Shown here: positions 55,064 through 64,000 of the stretch, piece by piece
Layout: each line of letters starts with the position of its first letter
How positions within the stretch are numbered: position 1 is the first letter of the stretch
Assembly (NCBI GenBank): GCA_965261545.1
Contig: CBDHDF010000010.1
Span: 544,001 to 608,000, forward strand
Length of the DNA: 64,000 bases
Direction of reading: 5' to 3'
Source of the DNA: Bdellovibrionales bacterium
GTDB taxonomy: Bacteria > Bdellovibrionota > Bdellovibrionia > Bdellovibrionales > UBA1609
The notes under the pieces: model-generated
Told to the model about the DNA's origin: nothing
The model's input: only the letters and a program-made list of their open reading frames with translations
Databases searched by the model: none
Program-made: the position numbers and the translations under genes

Positions 55064-57595
55064 ATGGGGCTTTCTTTAGATCCAAATTTTCAAAAGTATT
55101 CAGATGTTAAGCTCAGTGGCTTGTCTAAGTCATCCATTGCAGCGGTGTTGTCTTTGGCCTCCGAGGGAGGCACCATTCCATTTATTTCCAGATATCGCAA
55201 GGAGGCCACAGGTAACTTGGATGAAGTTCAGGTTCGTACCATTGTGGAGGCTTTTGAGGACTGGAAGGAATTGGACAAAAGAAAGACCTTTATTCTGTCT
55301 GAAATCGAGAAAAAAGGTGGTCTAACCCCGGAGTTCAAATTACAAATTCAGACTTCCTTGGAGATGTTTGAATTGGAGGAACTTTATCGCCCCTTTAAGC
55401 GACAAAAAAAAACCAAGGCTCAGTTGGCCAAGGAGGCAGGAATAGAGCCATTGGCTCATTGGATTTGGTCTCAGGGACAGGGTGAAGCCCCTGAGGGTTC
55501 CACCACATTGGAGGTGAAGGCCAAGGAGTACATCAAGCCTTCTGCGGGGTATCCGACTTACGAGGAAGTGCTCCGTGGCGCCCAACACATCATTGTCGAG
55601 AAGCTCGTGAGTTTTTCAAATTTGCGCCAAGCTATTAAAGATGAGGCTTTTCAAAGGGGAACAGTGAGTTCCAAGCCGACCTCTAAGTTCAAGACTCATT
55701 CAAAATATGAAATGTATGCTGACTTCTCAGATTCTGTACAAAATCTTTTATCTAAGAAAGCTTCCCATCGGTACTTGGCTTTGCGTCGTGGCTGGCAAGA
55801 GGGGGAGTTAAAGGTCAGTTTGGAGTTTCCCGAGGAAGAACTTGTCAAGCAATTTGAGGCTGTGGCTGTGAAGCGAAAAGAGAGCCATGTGAGTTCGTTG
55901 CTAAAGCAGGCGGCGCAGACAGCTCTTAAGGTTCATCTCATTCCATCGGTGGTCAATGAGCAACACAGCTTGCTTAAGGAAAGTGCGGATAAATTTGCCA
56001 TCGAGGTGTTTTCTCAGAATGTGCGAAAAATATTGATGTTTAGCCCCTTTGGGGCCCGTGTTGTCTTGGGGGTGGATCCTGGTTTGAAAACGGGCTGCAA
56101 GCTTGCTCTTGTGGATGAACGTGGGCAATTTATTTCTAGTACGGTTTTGTACACCTTGGGAGAGGGAGCGAAGGTCAAGGCAAAGAATTTGTTTGAGGAG
56201 GTGTTGAAGCAAATTCAGATAGAGGCCATTGCCGTGGGTCACGGAACGGGAGGTCGTGAGGCAGAGACTTTTATTCGTGATGCTTTAAAAGAAATTGGCA
56301 AAGAAGAGGTGCCAGTGGTGATGGTCAATGAGGCAGGAGCCAGTGTTTACTCAGCCTCGGATGTGGCCCGTGAAGAGTTTCCCGACTTGGATCTCACGGT
56401 GAGGGGAGCTATTTCCATTGCTCGTAGATTGCAGGATCCCCTTGCGGAGTTCGTCAAGGTTCCACCTAAGAGCATCGGTGTGGGGCAATACCAACATGAT
56501 GTCTCCCAGGGTCGTCTTAAGAAATCCCTCTACGGAGCTGTGGAATCATGCGTGAATGAGGTGGGTGTCGATTTAAATACAGCATCGAGTTCATTGCTTC
56601 AGTATGTGGCGGGGATTGGCCCTGCTCTCGCGAAGGCCATTGTGAGCCATCGCAAAGAAAAGGGTCTTTTTAAGGAGCGTGGTGAGTTGATGAAAGTGGC
56701 TCGCTTTAGTTCCAAAGTTTTTGAACAGTCCGTAGGCTTTCTTAGAATACGGGGAGGGGGTGTGCCCTTGGATGGGACGGGTATTCACCCCGAGCGCTAC
56801 ATGGTGGTAGGGGACATGGCCCGTGAGGTGGGGGTTTCTGTGGCTCAACTTCTGCGTGGATCAGGACTGGAGACTTTGAGACTCCAGGGTGACAAATGGT
56901 CTCACCTTGTGGGGGAGTACACGCTGGGAGATATTATGGTCGAGCTTGAAAAGCCCGGGCACGACCCCCGTGATCCCTATAAGGTTTTTAAATTTCGGGA
57001 AGATATCCACGAGATTAAGGATTTGAAAAAAGATATGCTGTGTCCTGGTGTTGTTACAAATGTCACAAACTTTGGTGCCTTTGTGGACATTGGGGTTCAT
57101 CAAGATGGTTTGGTTCATATTTCTGAACTGTCCCATGTTTTTGTTTCTGATCCCCAGCAGGTGGTGGGTCCAGGAGAGCAAGTTCAGGTGAAAGTTCTGG
57201 CTGTGGATAAAGCAAAAAATCAGATTTCTCTCACCATGTGTTTGAAAGACAAAGTTTTGTCATCCATGAATCAGAGTCGTTCTTCGGATTCGTTGAAAGT
57301 GGGTTCAAGCCGCCCCTCTCTGCCCTCTCATCCAAATCGGCAGCAGAAGGTGGAAGATCGGCAGCAAAATTTGGGGGCGAAGCCGAAGCTAAAAAGCCTT
57401 TTTAAGCAAGATAAGATTAAAAAAATCAAAGGCAAAGGCTCCTCAAAGACATTTCAACATAGAGCGAAGAGCGAGGGAGGGGGGCATAGAAAGGCTTCTT
57501 CAGGGAAAACATCTTCAGGGAAGGCTCGCTTGGGACGACGAACTTCTCAACCCTTTAACAATCCTTTTGCCGCTTTGACGGAGCTTAAAAAGTGA
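55064..57595 (+). CDS. tex: Tex family RNA-binding transcriptional accessory protein
   Basis: TIPFISRYRKEATG.LDE, GVDPG..TGCK, EAGASVYSAS, SIARRLQDPLAE, GVGQYQHD, C-terminal S1. Confidence 0.95.
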   Translation: MGLSLDPNFQKYSDVKLSGLSKSSIAAVLSLASEGGTIPFISRYRKEATGNLDEVQVRTIVEAFEDWKELDKRKTFILSEIEKKGGLTPEFKLQIQTSLEMFELEELYRPFKRQKKTKAQLAKEAGIEPLAHWIWSQGQGEAPEGSTTLEVKAKEYIKPSAGYPTYEEVLRGAQHIIVEKLVSFSNLRQAIKDEAFQRGTVSSKPTSKFKTHSKYEMYADFSDSVQNLLSKKASHRYLALRRGWQEGELKVSLEFPEEELVKQFEAVAVKRKESHVSSLLKQAAQTALKVHLIPSVVNEQHSLLKESADKFAIEVFSQNVRKILMFSPFGARVVLGVDPGLKTGCKLALVDERGQFISSTVLYTLGEGAKVKAKNLFEEVLKQIQIEAIAVGHGTGGREAETFIRDALKEIGKEEVPVVMVNEAGASVYSASDVAREEFPDLDLTVRGAISIARRLQDPLAEFVKVPPKSIGVGQYQHDVSQGRLKKSLYGAVESCVNEVGVDLNTASSSLLQYVAGIGPALAKAIVSHRKEKGLFKERGELMKVARFSSKVFEQSVGFLRIRGGGVPLDGTGIHPERYMVVGDMAREVGVSVAQLLRGSGLETLRLQGDKWSHLVGEYTLGDIMVELEKPGHDPRDPYKVFKFREDIHEIKDLKKDMLCPGVVTNVTNFGAFVDIGVHQDGLVHISELSHVFVSDPQQVVGPGEQVQVKVLAVDKAKNQISLTMCLKDKVLSSMNQSRSSDSLKVGSSRPSLPSHPNRQQKVEDRQQNLGAKPKLKSLFKQDKIKKIKGKGSSKTFQHRAKSEGGGHRKASSGKTSSGKARLGRRTSQPFNNPFAALTELKK

Positions 57596-58899
57596 AAAAT
57601 GGATGTTGCAAAATGAAGAGTGGGTGCTACAAACTCCTTAAATTTCTTAAACTTCTTAAATTTCTCTGTGTCCATGTTTATGTTTGTTTTTCTTCTTTAT
57701 TTTCTTCTTTGTTTTTTTCTTTGTTCTTATGTTTATTTTCTGGAGAAACTCCTCACCTACATGCTCAGTCCTTGGTGGAAGAAAGCTACGAGGGTGTGAG
57801 TTCTAAAACTTCGCCTCTAGAGGCTCGCCAAAATATTTTGAAGAATGCAAGGAGGAGTGCTTCCTTAAAATACATTCAACATCTTGCCTCTCACTTCAAT
57901 ATTCTTCAGCGTTTGCCTGTTTTTGAGCAGAAGATTCTTAAGCACCATGAAAAGTATATTCTTTTTATGAGTGGTGGGGAGCTTCAGAAGGTAGAAGATG
58001 GTTATACAATGTTGGTAAAAATGAAGATTTCTTTGAAGAATCTTCGTGAAATATTATTGGCAGAGGGATTGTTGTACAAATCTGATGGGCCGCCAGCCAT
58101 TATTCCTGTGGTTTCCTTGAGGGATAAAGTTCATGGAGTTCAACTGAACTGGTGGGATCAGGGGTCTTCTTCCAATACCTATCTCTATGAGTACGGGACT
58201 CACTGGGAGCGACATCTGAAGAAACAACTTTTAGAAATGGGGTTTTATCTTATTTCTCCCATGGAGCATCGCCTTCAAAACTCACTGCCCTTGGCTTTAC
58301 GTAGGGAAAAACTCACAGAAGCCGACCGTCAAAGTGTGGCTGCCTTTTTAGGGGCCACAGTAGTGGTGGATGGAAGCATCACTCTTCAAGATGCCCCTGG
58401 GAAAAAGGCCCTAGGGGCTGATAAATCCAAGGGGGCTTTTAAGATTGATATTCATTTACGGGGAAGCTCTACCTACAATGGGCGAGTGATTGCTGAGGTT
58501 GTAAGAACTTATACCACTCCTGTGGGTTCTTTGAATCAAGTTGTCTTTCAGAAGCTTCTTGAGGTTTATCCTGGTATTGCCAAGGATTTAACGGCTCAGT
58601 TCCATGACTCATGGAAGCGGGGAATATTGGATTCCTCTTTGGTGAAACTCACTCTTCATGGCTCTGTGAATTACCATCAGCTTAAGCAGTTTAAAAAACT
58701 TCTTATCCAACAAGTGAAGGCGATTAAACAGGTGAAAGAAAGGCTGTTTGAACCCTCAAAAGTTACATTGGATTTAGAAGTGGATGGGAGTTCCCAGGAA
58801 TTGGCTGTTCATCTACAAAAGGAACAATTTCCCCGTTTTCATGTGGAGGTTTCCTATGTGGGGGCCCAGCGGATCGATCTTAAAATCTCAAGTTTGTAA
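57592..58899 (+). CDS. Secreted hypothetical protein (repeat-expanded N-terminus)
   Basis: Long ORF overlapping the tex stop; hydrophobic signal ending LHA-Q. Confidence 0.7.
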   Translation: MKNGCCKMKSGCYKLLKFLKLLKFLCVHVYVCFSSLFSSLFFSLFLCLFSGETPHLHAQSLVEESYEGVSSKTSPLEARQNILKNARRSASLKYIQHLASHFNILQRLPVFEQKILKHHEKYILFMSGGELQKVEDGYTMLVKMKISLKNLREILLAEGLLYKSDGPPAIIPVVSLRDKVHGVQLNWWDQGSSSNTYLYEYGTHWERHLKKQLLEMGFYLISPMEHRLQNSLPLALRREKLTEADRQSVAAFLGATVVVDGSITLQDAPGKKALGADKSKGAFKIDIHLRGSSTYNGRVIAEVVRTYTTPVGSLNQVVFQKLLEVYPGIAKDLTAQFHDSWKRGILDSSLVKLTLHGSVNYHQLKQFKKLLIQQVKAIKQVKERLFEPSKVTLDLEVDGSSQELAVHLQKEQFPRFHVEVSYVGAQRIDLKISSL

Positions 58900-58906
58900 G
58901 TAAATT

Positions 58907-60454
58907 ATGAACTTTAAGGTGAAGACTCTGATTCAAAAAATCATTCAAGCCACGGCCTCCTTGAAATTGGCAGTTGTTGTTATCTTATTGTTGGGTACTA
59001 TTTCGGCTGTGGGGACTCTTGTAGAGTCTCGCTATGATGCCATTACAGCCCAGAAACTTGTTTATCACTCTTCTTACATGTATGCCACCATAGCTTTATT
59101 GTGTATCAACCTTATTGGTGTCATGGTGGACCGGTGGCCTTGGAGGTTTCACCACATGGGTTTTGTCTTTGCTCACACAGGCATTATTATCACTATTTTG
59201 GGTGCTTGGTTGACCAAGGAGCATGGTATTGATGGTTCTTTACAGATTCCTGTGGGAGAAAAAAATCGATTTGTGATTTTGCCCCAGGAGGAGTTGAGCA
59301 TTTCTTCCGCTTTTTTAGGAACTCCCATGGAGATTCTTTTAAGAAAGGAGGTGGATTTTTTAACGAAACCTCCAGAGAGGTATCCCTTGGTGTATCCTTT
59401 GGAAGAGGGAAATTTGCATGTGAGACGCTATTGGCCCTATGCCGTGCCACGGGAGAGAATGATACATTCCAAGGATCATCGTGGGGGGCCTGCCGTGCGA
59501 ATTCAGTTGTTTAATGACAAAATTTCTGAGACCCATTGGCTTTGGCTGAAGCGGCAAGGAGAAGAGAAAAGTGAGGTGAACCTAGGACCTGCCAAAGTCA
59601 TTTTGGCACCTCACCCCTATACATACACGGAGAATGGCAATGCCATTGTCTTAGAGGTTGTTGTCAATGAAAAGTCCCTTGCCTTGGAGGGTGACACAGG
59701 CAAACCGGCTTCTTTAGATGGTGGCAAGCCTGCTTCTTTGGGTGGTGACTCTGGAAAATCCCTGGCCTTGGAGGCTGAGACCCGCTCTGTTCAGCTGCTC
59801 CAATCTCTAAGGTATCAAATCCACTCCCAGCGAAGGGGAGGTTTGTTAAAAAAGGGGAAAGTGACCCCTGGTGATATTGTCGACACCGGCTGGAGAATGG
59901 ACCTTCAGTTGAGAGTGATTTCCTTTCTTCCCAGTGCCCAGAGGGAGTACCTCTATGAAAAGAGAGAAAGACCCTTAGAAGGGATGACAACTCCTGCCAT
60001 TGAGATCGAATACAGGGGGGACAAGCGTTGGTTGGGGCTTGGTGCCATCACTCGTTACTTTTTAGAGAATCGTGCCTATATTGTGAGTTACCGTCGTTCT
60101 TATTTGCGTCTTCCCTTTGACTTGGAGTTGAGAGATTTTCGTGTAGGAAGGTACAAGGGATCCATGAGAGCGGCTTCTTACGAAAGCGATGTGTTTATCA
60201 AGGGCTTTGGAGAGGTGACAATTTCTATGAACCAACCTTTGAAATATCAAGGTTTGACCTTTTATCAATCAAGCTTCCAAGAGGCTGAGTCAGGGCGCCC
60301 CTATATATCGATTTTTTCTGTGAATCATGATCCAGGGCGATATATTAAGTACTTTGGTTGTTTTCTCGTTGTTTTGGGTTCTATTCTTCTATTTTATTTG
60401 AAGCGTAGAAAGATGTACCCCTCCAAGGTGCACTCCCCAAAGGTGTATCTTTAG
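58907..60454 (+). CDS. resB: Cytochrome c biogenesis protein ResB/Ccs1 (system II)
   Basis: SLKLAV...GT..E, G...AH.G, L.DF....Y, Y.S.V, I.MN.PL.Y.G..FYQSSF, V..DPG. Confidence 0.88.
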   Translation: MNFKVKTLIQKIIQATASLKLAVVVILLLGTISAVGTLVESRYDAITAQKLVYHSSYMYATIALLCINLIGVMVDRWPWRFHHMGFVFAHTGIIITILGAWLTKEHGIDGSLQIPVGEKNRFVILPQEELSISSAFLGTPMEILLRKEVDFLTKPPERYPLVYPLEEGNLHVRRYWPYAVPRERMIHSKDHRGGPAVRIQLFNDKISETHWLWLKRQGEEKSEVNLGPAKVILAPHPYTYTENGNAIVLEVVVNEKSLALEGDTGKPASLDGGKPASLGGDSGKSLALEAETRSVQLLQSLRYQIHSQRRGGLLKKGKVTPGDIVDTGWRMDLQLRVISFLPSAQREYLYEKRERPLEGMTTPAIEIEYRGDKRWLGLGAITRYFLENRAYIVSYRRSYLRLPFDLELRDFRVGRYKGSMRAASYESDVFIKGFGEVTISMNQPLKYQGLTFYQSSFQEAESGRPYISIFSVNHDPGRYIKYFGCFLVVLGSILLFYLKRRKMYPSKVHSPKVYL

Positions 60455-60486
60455 AGGTTCTCTTCAGCAAAGGATGAAAACGCAGT

Positions 60487-62286
60487 ATGGTTTTATTGTC
60501 TTCGTATTTATGGACTTGTCTTTTATGGATTTTGCCCTTTTTTTTTCTCTGCCCATGGGTTCAGGCTTCGGAGGATCGTGAGGCTCTTAGGTACCTGCCT
60601 GTTCAAGATTCCCACGAGGGTCGCATTAAGCCCTTTGATACTTTTGCCCGTGAAACCTTACAACTCATTTATGGGCGAGAGACCTTCAAGAAAACAGTGA
60701 AAAATCGATGGCATGAAGAACTTTTGAGTTCTCAAGGGGAGGTTTCTACAAATTCCCAAAGGGAGACCACTATAAAGACTGTAAAAATTGAGGCTGTGGA
60801 TATGGTGGCCATGTGGGCCTTGTGGCCCGAGGAGTGGGGGCAGCAGGAAATTGTTCAAGTTCGGCATGTTGGTTTACGAGAAGCTTTGGGTTGGGAGAAC
60901 AAGGCAAGAATTTACTTTTCTCCCTCGGAGATTATGGATAACCCCAACTTTGCATTGCTGACCCAAGAACTTCGCTCAAAGCAGAAGTCTCGTGAAAAAC
61001 TCACCCCCTACTTTCAAGCCATTCAAACCCTTGAAAGTCAGATTCGTATTTTTGTGGCCATTGCCAAAGGAGTGATTCCTCGAATCATGCCGCAGATTGA
61101 AGGTGACCACTGGCTTTCCATGGGTGAGTTGAAGGGTGAAGATGCTAGGTCCTTTTACCCTGTCATTGAAAACCTTGTGGGCTATATCGCCACCCATGTG
61201 GCTCATGTCAAAAAAGAAGAGGGTCGCACTTTTGATGAGGGCCGCCTTCGCAGTTCTCTTGAGCAATTTCAAGTGAGAGCCTACGGTAAGTTTCCAGATA
61301 AGTATGGAAATCCCACTTTATTAAGGGCTGAGGTTCACTATGAGAAAATGCAGCCTTTTATGTGGGCATGGATTCTTTATCTCATGACTATCTTTTTCTT
61401 GATGGCTTCCCAAGGGCAAGGGAGACTTTCCCTCTCCCTTTACAAGGTGGGTTGGTTCTTTGTCGTCCTAGGTGGGGCTTTGCACACCTATGGAATGGGC
61501 CTTCGTATATTTATTCAGCAGCGTCCCCCCGTGGGCACTATGTACGAAACAGTGATTTGGGTTCCCTGGGTGGCCTTGGTGGTCGCTATGGTTATGGAGA
61601 TTCGAAGAAGGAAGCGAGGCCCTGTGGTGAAAAAGGGGATTGTATTGATGTGTGCCTCCCTGATTTCTGTTCTTTGTCTCATGGTGTCTGATCTCGCCCC
61701 TGTGATTTTAGATGATTCTATGAAACCCCTAGAGCCTGTATTGAGAGATAATTTTTGGCTTCTCACCCATGTGGTGATTATTGTCTCTAGTTATGGGGTT
61801 TTCTTTTTATCCTTTGCCTTGGCAGATATTGTTCTCTTTTATTTCCTTTGTGGAGAAAAAAAATATAGAAAAGAAATTAAAGCAGGGGCTCACGCCATTT
61901 ACAAATCCATCCAACTGGGTTTTTTATTATTGGCTGTGGGAACTATTCTTGGTGGGATTTGGGCTGATTACTCTTGGGGTCGCTTTTGGGGTTGGGATCC
62001 CAAGGAGACTTGGGCTTTTATAGCACTTATGGGTTACTTGGCTGTGCTTCACGGACGACTTGCAGGATGGTTGAGAGACTTTGGCATGGCCGCAGGGGCA
62101 TTGCTTAGTTTTTCCCTTGTTATTATGGCTTGGTATGGGGTGAACTTTGTGTTGGGAGCGGGGCTTCACTCCTACGGCTTTGGAGCTGGGGGCGTGGAGT
62201 ATGTGAGTGGTTTTGTCCTTGTTCACTTTGTATACTTGGGCTATGTAGCCACAGTGTTGCGCTATAGAAGAGTCCGGGGCGCTTGA
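60487..62286 (+). CDS. ccsA: Cytochrome c biogenesis protein CcsA/ResC with N-terminal extension
   Basis: GRIKP.DT, PVL...WL..HV, WWD motif GGIWADYSWGRFWGWDPKETW, GLHSY. Confidence 0.94.
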   Translation: MVLLSSYLWTCLLWILPFFFLCPWVQASEDREALRYLPVQDSHEGRIKPFDTFARETLQLIYGRETFKKTVKNRWHEELLSSQGEVSTNSQRETTIKTVKIEAVDMVAMWALWPEEWGQQEIVQVRHVGLREALGWENKARIYFSPSEIMDNPNFALLTQELRSKQKSREKLTPYFQAIQTLESQIRIFVAIAKGVIPRIMPQIEGDHWLSMGELKGEDARSFYPVIENLVGYIATHVAHVKKEEGRTFDEGRLRSSLEQFQVRAYGKFPDKYGNPTLLRAEVHYEKMQPFMWAWILYLMTIFFLMASQGQGRLSLSLYKVGWFFVVLGGALHTYGMGLRIFIQQRPPVGTMYETVIWVPWVALVVAMVMEIRRRKRGPVVKKGIVLMCASLISVLCLMVSDLAPVILDDSMKPLEPVLRDNFWLLTHVVIIVSSYGVFFLSFALADIVLFYFLCGEKKYRKEIKAGAHAIYKSIQLGFLLLAVGTILGGIWADYSWGRFWGWDPKETWAFIALMGYLAVLHGRLAGWLRDFGMAAGALLSFSLVIMAWYGVNFVLGAGLHSYGFGAGGVEYVSGFVLVHFVYLGYVATVLRYRRVRGA

Positions 62287-62386
62287 TTTGTTTAGGCACG
62301 AACCCAACAAGTGCCACTACAAGGCAATGTTCCAAAATGGAGATGAACGATCTGAACACCATCGGCAAATGTATATAATATTATAC

Positions 62387-64000
62387 CTACACATAATTAA
62401 GTAAATATTGACCAGTATGACTCTGTCGACACTTCATAATTTTATCCGGAGAGCCTTGGGCAATGATTTGCCCTCCCTTTTGTCCGGCCTCGGGGCCAAT
62501 ATCTATAATGTAATCAGAGTGACGAATAAGTTCCAAGTTGTGCTCAATCACAAGAACGCTTCCCCCTCCTTCAATAAGACGATTTAGAACCTTAATAAGT
62601 AATTCAATTTCTCTAAAGTGAAGTCCCGTTGTGGGCTCATCGAGAATATAGAGAGTTCCTTTCTGTTGGGTCGAGTTGAACTCTCTGGCAATTTTAAGCC
62701 TCTGACTCTCCCCTCCACTAAGAGTACTGGAAGGCTGGCCCAGTTGAATATAATCGAGACCCACTTCCTTAAGAATAGAAAGACCCTTTCGAATAGAGGG
62801 GTGGGAAATAAAAAAAACCATAGCTTCGCTCACGGTCATACTTAAAATATCATTAATATTCTTCTTGTTATAAACAATTTCAAGGACTTCATCACGGTAT
62901 TTAGAGCCACCACAAGCCTCGCAGATGATTTGAAGATCATCCATAAAGACCATGTCAATGACTTCAAAGCCCAACCCTTTACAAACAGGGCAACGCCCCT
63001 TCTCCGTGTTAAGGCTGAAAGTACTCGCGGTGTATCCACGGCGACAAGCCTCATCGGTTCTGGCCATAATGGATCGAATGGCATCAAAGACCTTTAAATA
63101 AGTGGCTGGCTGACTTCGAGCGGAGGTACTGATAGGAGATTGGTCAATAAATAGAACATGGTTTAAGTGCTGAAAGCCATGAATAGACATATAGGGAAGG
63201 CTTTTTTTATAATCAACCTTGAGTTCCTTTGCCAAAGCCGGATAAAGGGTCTGGCTGATAAGAGATGATTTTCCGGAGCCACTCACACCTGTGACGGTGA
63301 CAAAGCGATGGAGGGGAGTGGACAGGTCTATATTTTGCAGATTATTTCCCTGGCACCCCTTAATATCCAGAGTGTAATTGTAATCCTTAATTTCAGTGGG
63401 GCGAGTGGAAAGCAAACCTCTTTGGCCTTTTTTAGTTATGAGATATTCCACCGTATTGGATTCCTTGGCTTTGTAAAAATCTTGTTTTTTGCCAGAAAAA
63501 ATAACCTTTCCACCAAGATGGCCTGAACCAGGACCCATTTCAATAATATGAGAACTATTTTGAATGACATCCTGATCATGTTCAACAACGACAAGAGTGT
63601 TTCCCAGTTCTTGAAGTTCGTGAAGTATATGAATGAGACGGGTGTTATCTCTTGGGTGAAGGCCAATTGTGGGCTCATCCAAAACATAGAGAGTTTGTGA
63701 AAGCTCCATTCCCAATTGATTGGAAAGCATGATTCTCTGATACTCACCACCAGAAAGCGTAGAGGTAGGGCGATTCAATGTGATATAGCCTAAACCCACT
63801 TGATTTAAGAATTGAAGGCGAGAAATCATTTGTCGATAAACTTCTTGGCAAATGGTCTTTTGCTCCTTCGTCAAGTGAAGAGACATGATAAATTCATAAA
63901 GATCCTCTATACTCATAGATGTAATTTCTGCAATGGACTTGCCTCCCACAAGAACCTGTCGTGCCTCAACCTTGAGTCTCGTTCCCTCGCAAGACTCACA
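62387..64000 (-). CDS. uvrA: Excinuclease ABC subunit A, C-terminal part (runs off window end)
   Basis: Two LSGGE signatures, LDEPT.GLH x2, GVSGSGKSS, C..C.G.G zinc fingers; frame open to 64000. Confidence 0.95.
   Translation of the reverse strand, partial: CESCEGTRLKVEARQVLVGGKSIAEITSMSIEDLYEFIMSLHLTKEQKTICQEVYRQMISRLQFLNQVGLGYITLNRPTSTLSGGEYQRIMLSNQLGMELSQTLYVLDEPTIGLHPRDNTRLIHILHELQELGNTLVVVEHDQDVIQNSSHIIEMGPGSGHLGGKVIFSGKKQDFYKAKESNTVEYLITKKGQRGLLSTRPTEIKDYNYTLDIKGCQGNNLQNIDLSTPLHRFVTVTGVSGSGKSSLISQTLYPALAKELKVDYKKSLPYMSIHGFQHLNHVLFIDQSPISTSARSQPATYLKVFDAIRSIMARTDEACRRGYTASTFSLNTEKGRCPVCKGLGFEVIDMVFMDDLQIICEACGGSKYRDEVLEIVYNKKNINDILSMTVSEAMVFFISHPSIRKGLSILKEVGLDYIQLGQPSSTLSGGESQRLKIAREFNSTQQKGTLYILDEPTTGLHFREIELLIKVLNRLIEGGGSVLVIEHNLELIRHSDYIIDIGPEAGQKGGQIIAQGSPDKIMKCRQSHTGQYLLNYV

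Overview
This is chromosomal DNA from a Bdellovibrionota (Bdellovibrionales-like) bacterium. The assignment rests on a clear DgcB-type FHA-GGDEF ortholog, an 'FQNC' lipoprotein and sigma54/FliA-type promoters. Housekeeping blocks include recO', yggS, tRNA-Met, a biotin operon, an ArsA/Get3 pair, proXVW, nusB-hisC-cmk-rpsA-sppA, infA, tex, resB/ccsA and 'uvrA. They surround an accessory stretch (~27-41.7 kb) of secreted and lipoprotein genes, REP-like palindromes and two complete-looking insertion sequences. Main observations: (1) An IS110 recombinase is preceded by a ~190-nt structured non-coding segment whose two internal loops carry 7-nt matches to the two halves of the element's right junction, as expected of a bridge RNA. 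(2) The bioB-bioF-bioD-X-bioA operon has no bioC/bioH, and X is a ferritin-like di-iron protein (BioE-like). (3) A 2.55-kb IS4-type element with 15-bp TIRs and a 10-bp TSD encodes a transposase fused to a DUF4338/DruA-like domain. (4) Two paralogous small secreted 4-Cys proteins have a predicted N-terminal His. (5) Short degenerate tandem duplications are pervasive at gene ends and in protein loops. (6) An LpxD homolog lacks its catalytic His. All calls come from reading the sequence; no searches or folding programs were run.
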